Below, in pieces: positions 63,555-64,000 of a stretch of DNA of 64,000 nucleotides. Source of the stretch: an uncultured Acidobacteriota bacterium (GTDB lineage Bacteria; Acidobacteriota; Thermoanaerobaculia; Multivoradales; UBA5704). Numbering within the stretch: the stretch's first letter is position 1; each line of letters begins with the position of its first letter. Location of the stretch: the NCBI GenBank assembly GCA_963770895.1, contig CAVYRF010000002.1:960001-1024000 (forward strand). The letters are read 5' to 3'. The notes beneath the pieces are model-generated. The model worked only from the letters and a program-made list of their open reading frames with translations. It searched no databases and was not told the DNA's origin. The translations under genes were made by a program, and so were the position numbers.

Positions 63555-64000
63555 TTAAGCAAAGCCGTCGCGCTCGCCGGCGGGCTCGATGCCCGCGTCG
63601 AGCGCCGCCACCACGGCGTCGGTAAAGCGGGTGGTGGTGGCGTCGCCGCCCAGGTCGCGGGTGAGCACGCGATCGACCACGATGACCTTGCGCACCGCGG
63701 CGCCGACGCGTTGCGCCACCGCGTCCTTGCCAAGGTGATAGAGCATCAGGATGGCGGAACGGATCAGCGCCAGCGGGTTGGCCAGGCCGCGGCCGGCGAT
63801 GTCGGGGGCGCTGCCGTGCACCGCTTCGAACACCGAGGATTCAAGGCCGATGTTGGCGCCCGGCACCACGCCCAGCCCGCCCACCAGCCCGGCGCAGAGG
63901 TCGGAGACGATGTCGCCGTACAGGTTTTCGAGCAGCAGCACGTCCCATTCCTCGGGCCGCATCACCAGCTGCATGCACATGTTGTCGACGATCCGATCGT
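63555..64000 (-). CDS. icd: Isocitrate/isopropylmalate dehydrogenase family (NAD-IDH-like), 5' part outside window
   Basis: 'IVDNMCMQLV', 'NLYGDIVSDLCAGLVGGLG', 'FEAVHGSAPDIAG', 'TRDLGG'. Confidence 0.88.
   Translation of the reverse strand, partial: DRIVDNMCMQLVMRPEEWDVLLLENLYGDIVSDLCAGLVGGLGVVPGANIGLESSVFEAVHGSAPDIAGRGLANPLALIRSAILMLYHLGKDAVAQRVGAAVRKVIVVDRVLTRDLGGDATTTRFTDAVVAALDAGIEPAGERDGFA

Overview
Very high-GC bacterial chromosome segment, most likely Acidobacteriota (Thermoanaerobaculia-like, inferred from lineage-typical VWA, zinc-finger-TPR and RiPP-leader families). Most long ORFs in the supplied track are shadow frames. About 55 real genes are recognisable: an RDD/SpoIIM/DUF4129/DUF4350/MoxR/DUF58 operon, an exported amidohydrolase with two tandem PIMT (pcm) genes, a TldE/PmbA-like gene, uvrA, lipase + FadL, smpB, lpxC, DUF4390-ntrY..ntrX, yqeY, selB, argE-like + hutF, SRAP, aspC-like, dsbD, proS, rarA, a molybdopterin oxidoreductase, yfhO-like and a partial icd. 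No rRNA, tRNA, CRISPR array, integrase or transposase was seen. Best candidates for undescribed systems: (1) a sigma-54 circuit readable from the DNA (GAF-bEBP, three palindromic UAS, IHF site, -24/-12 promoter) upstream of a 52-aa membrane peptide and an RsbW/RsbV/RsbU partner switch with no sigma factor; (2) a RelE-like nuclease-UvrD helicase-TPR fusion coupled through a CTG start to a zinc-finger-TPR protein; (3) an unannotated 56-aa orphan lanthipeptide-like precursor that, with a Ser/Thr kinase, splits ntrY from ntrX; (4) a 12-Cys exported peptide paired with an exported propeller-like protein in one of two toxin-antitoxin remnant islands. All family calls are from motif recognition by eye; no database searches were run.
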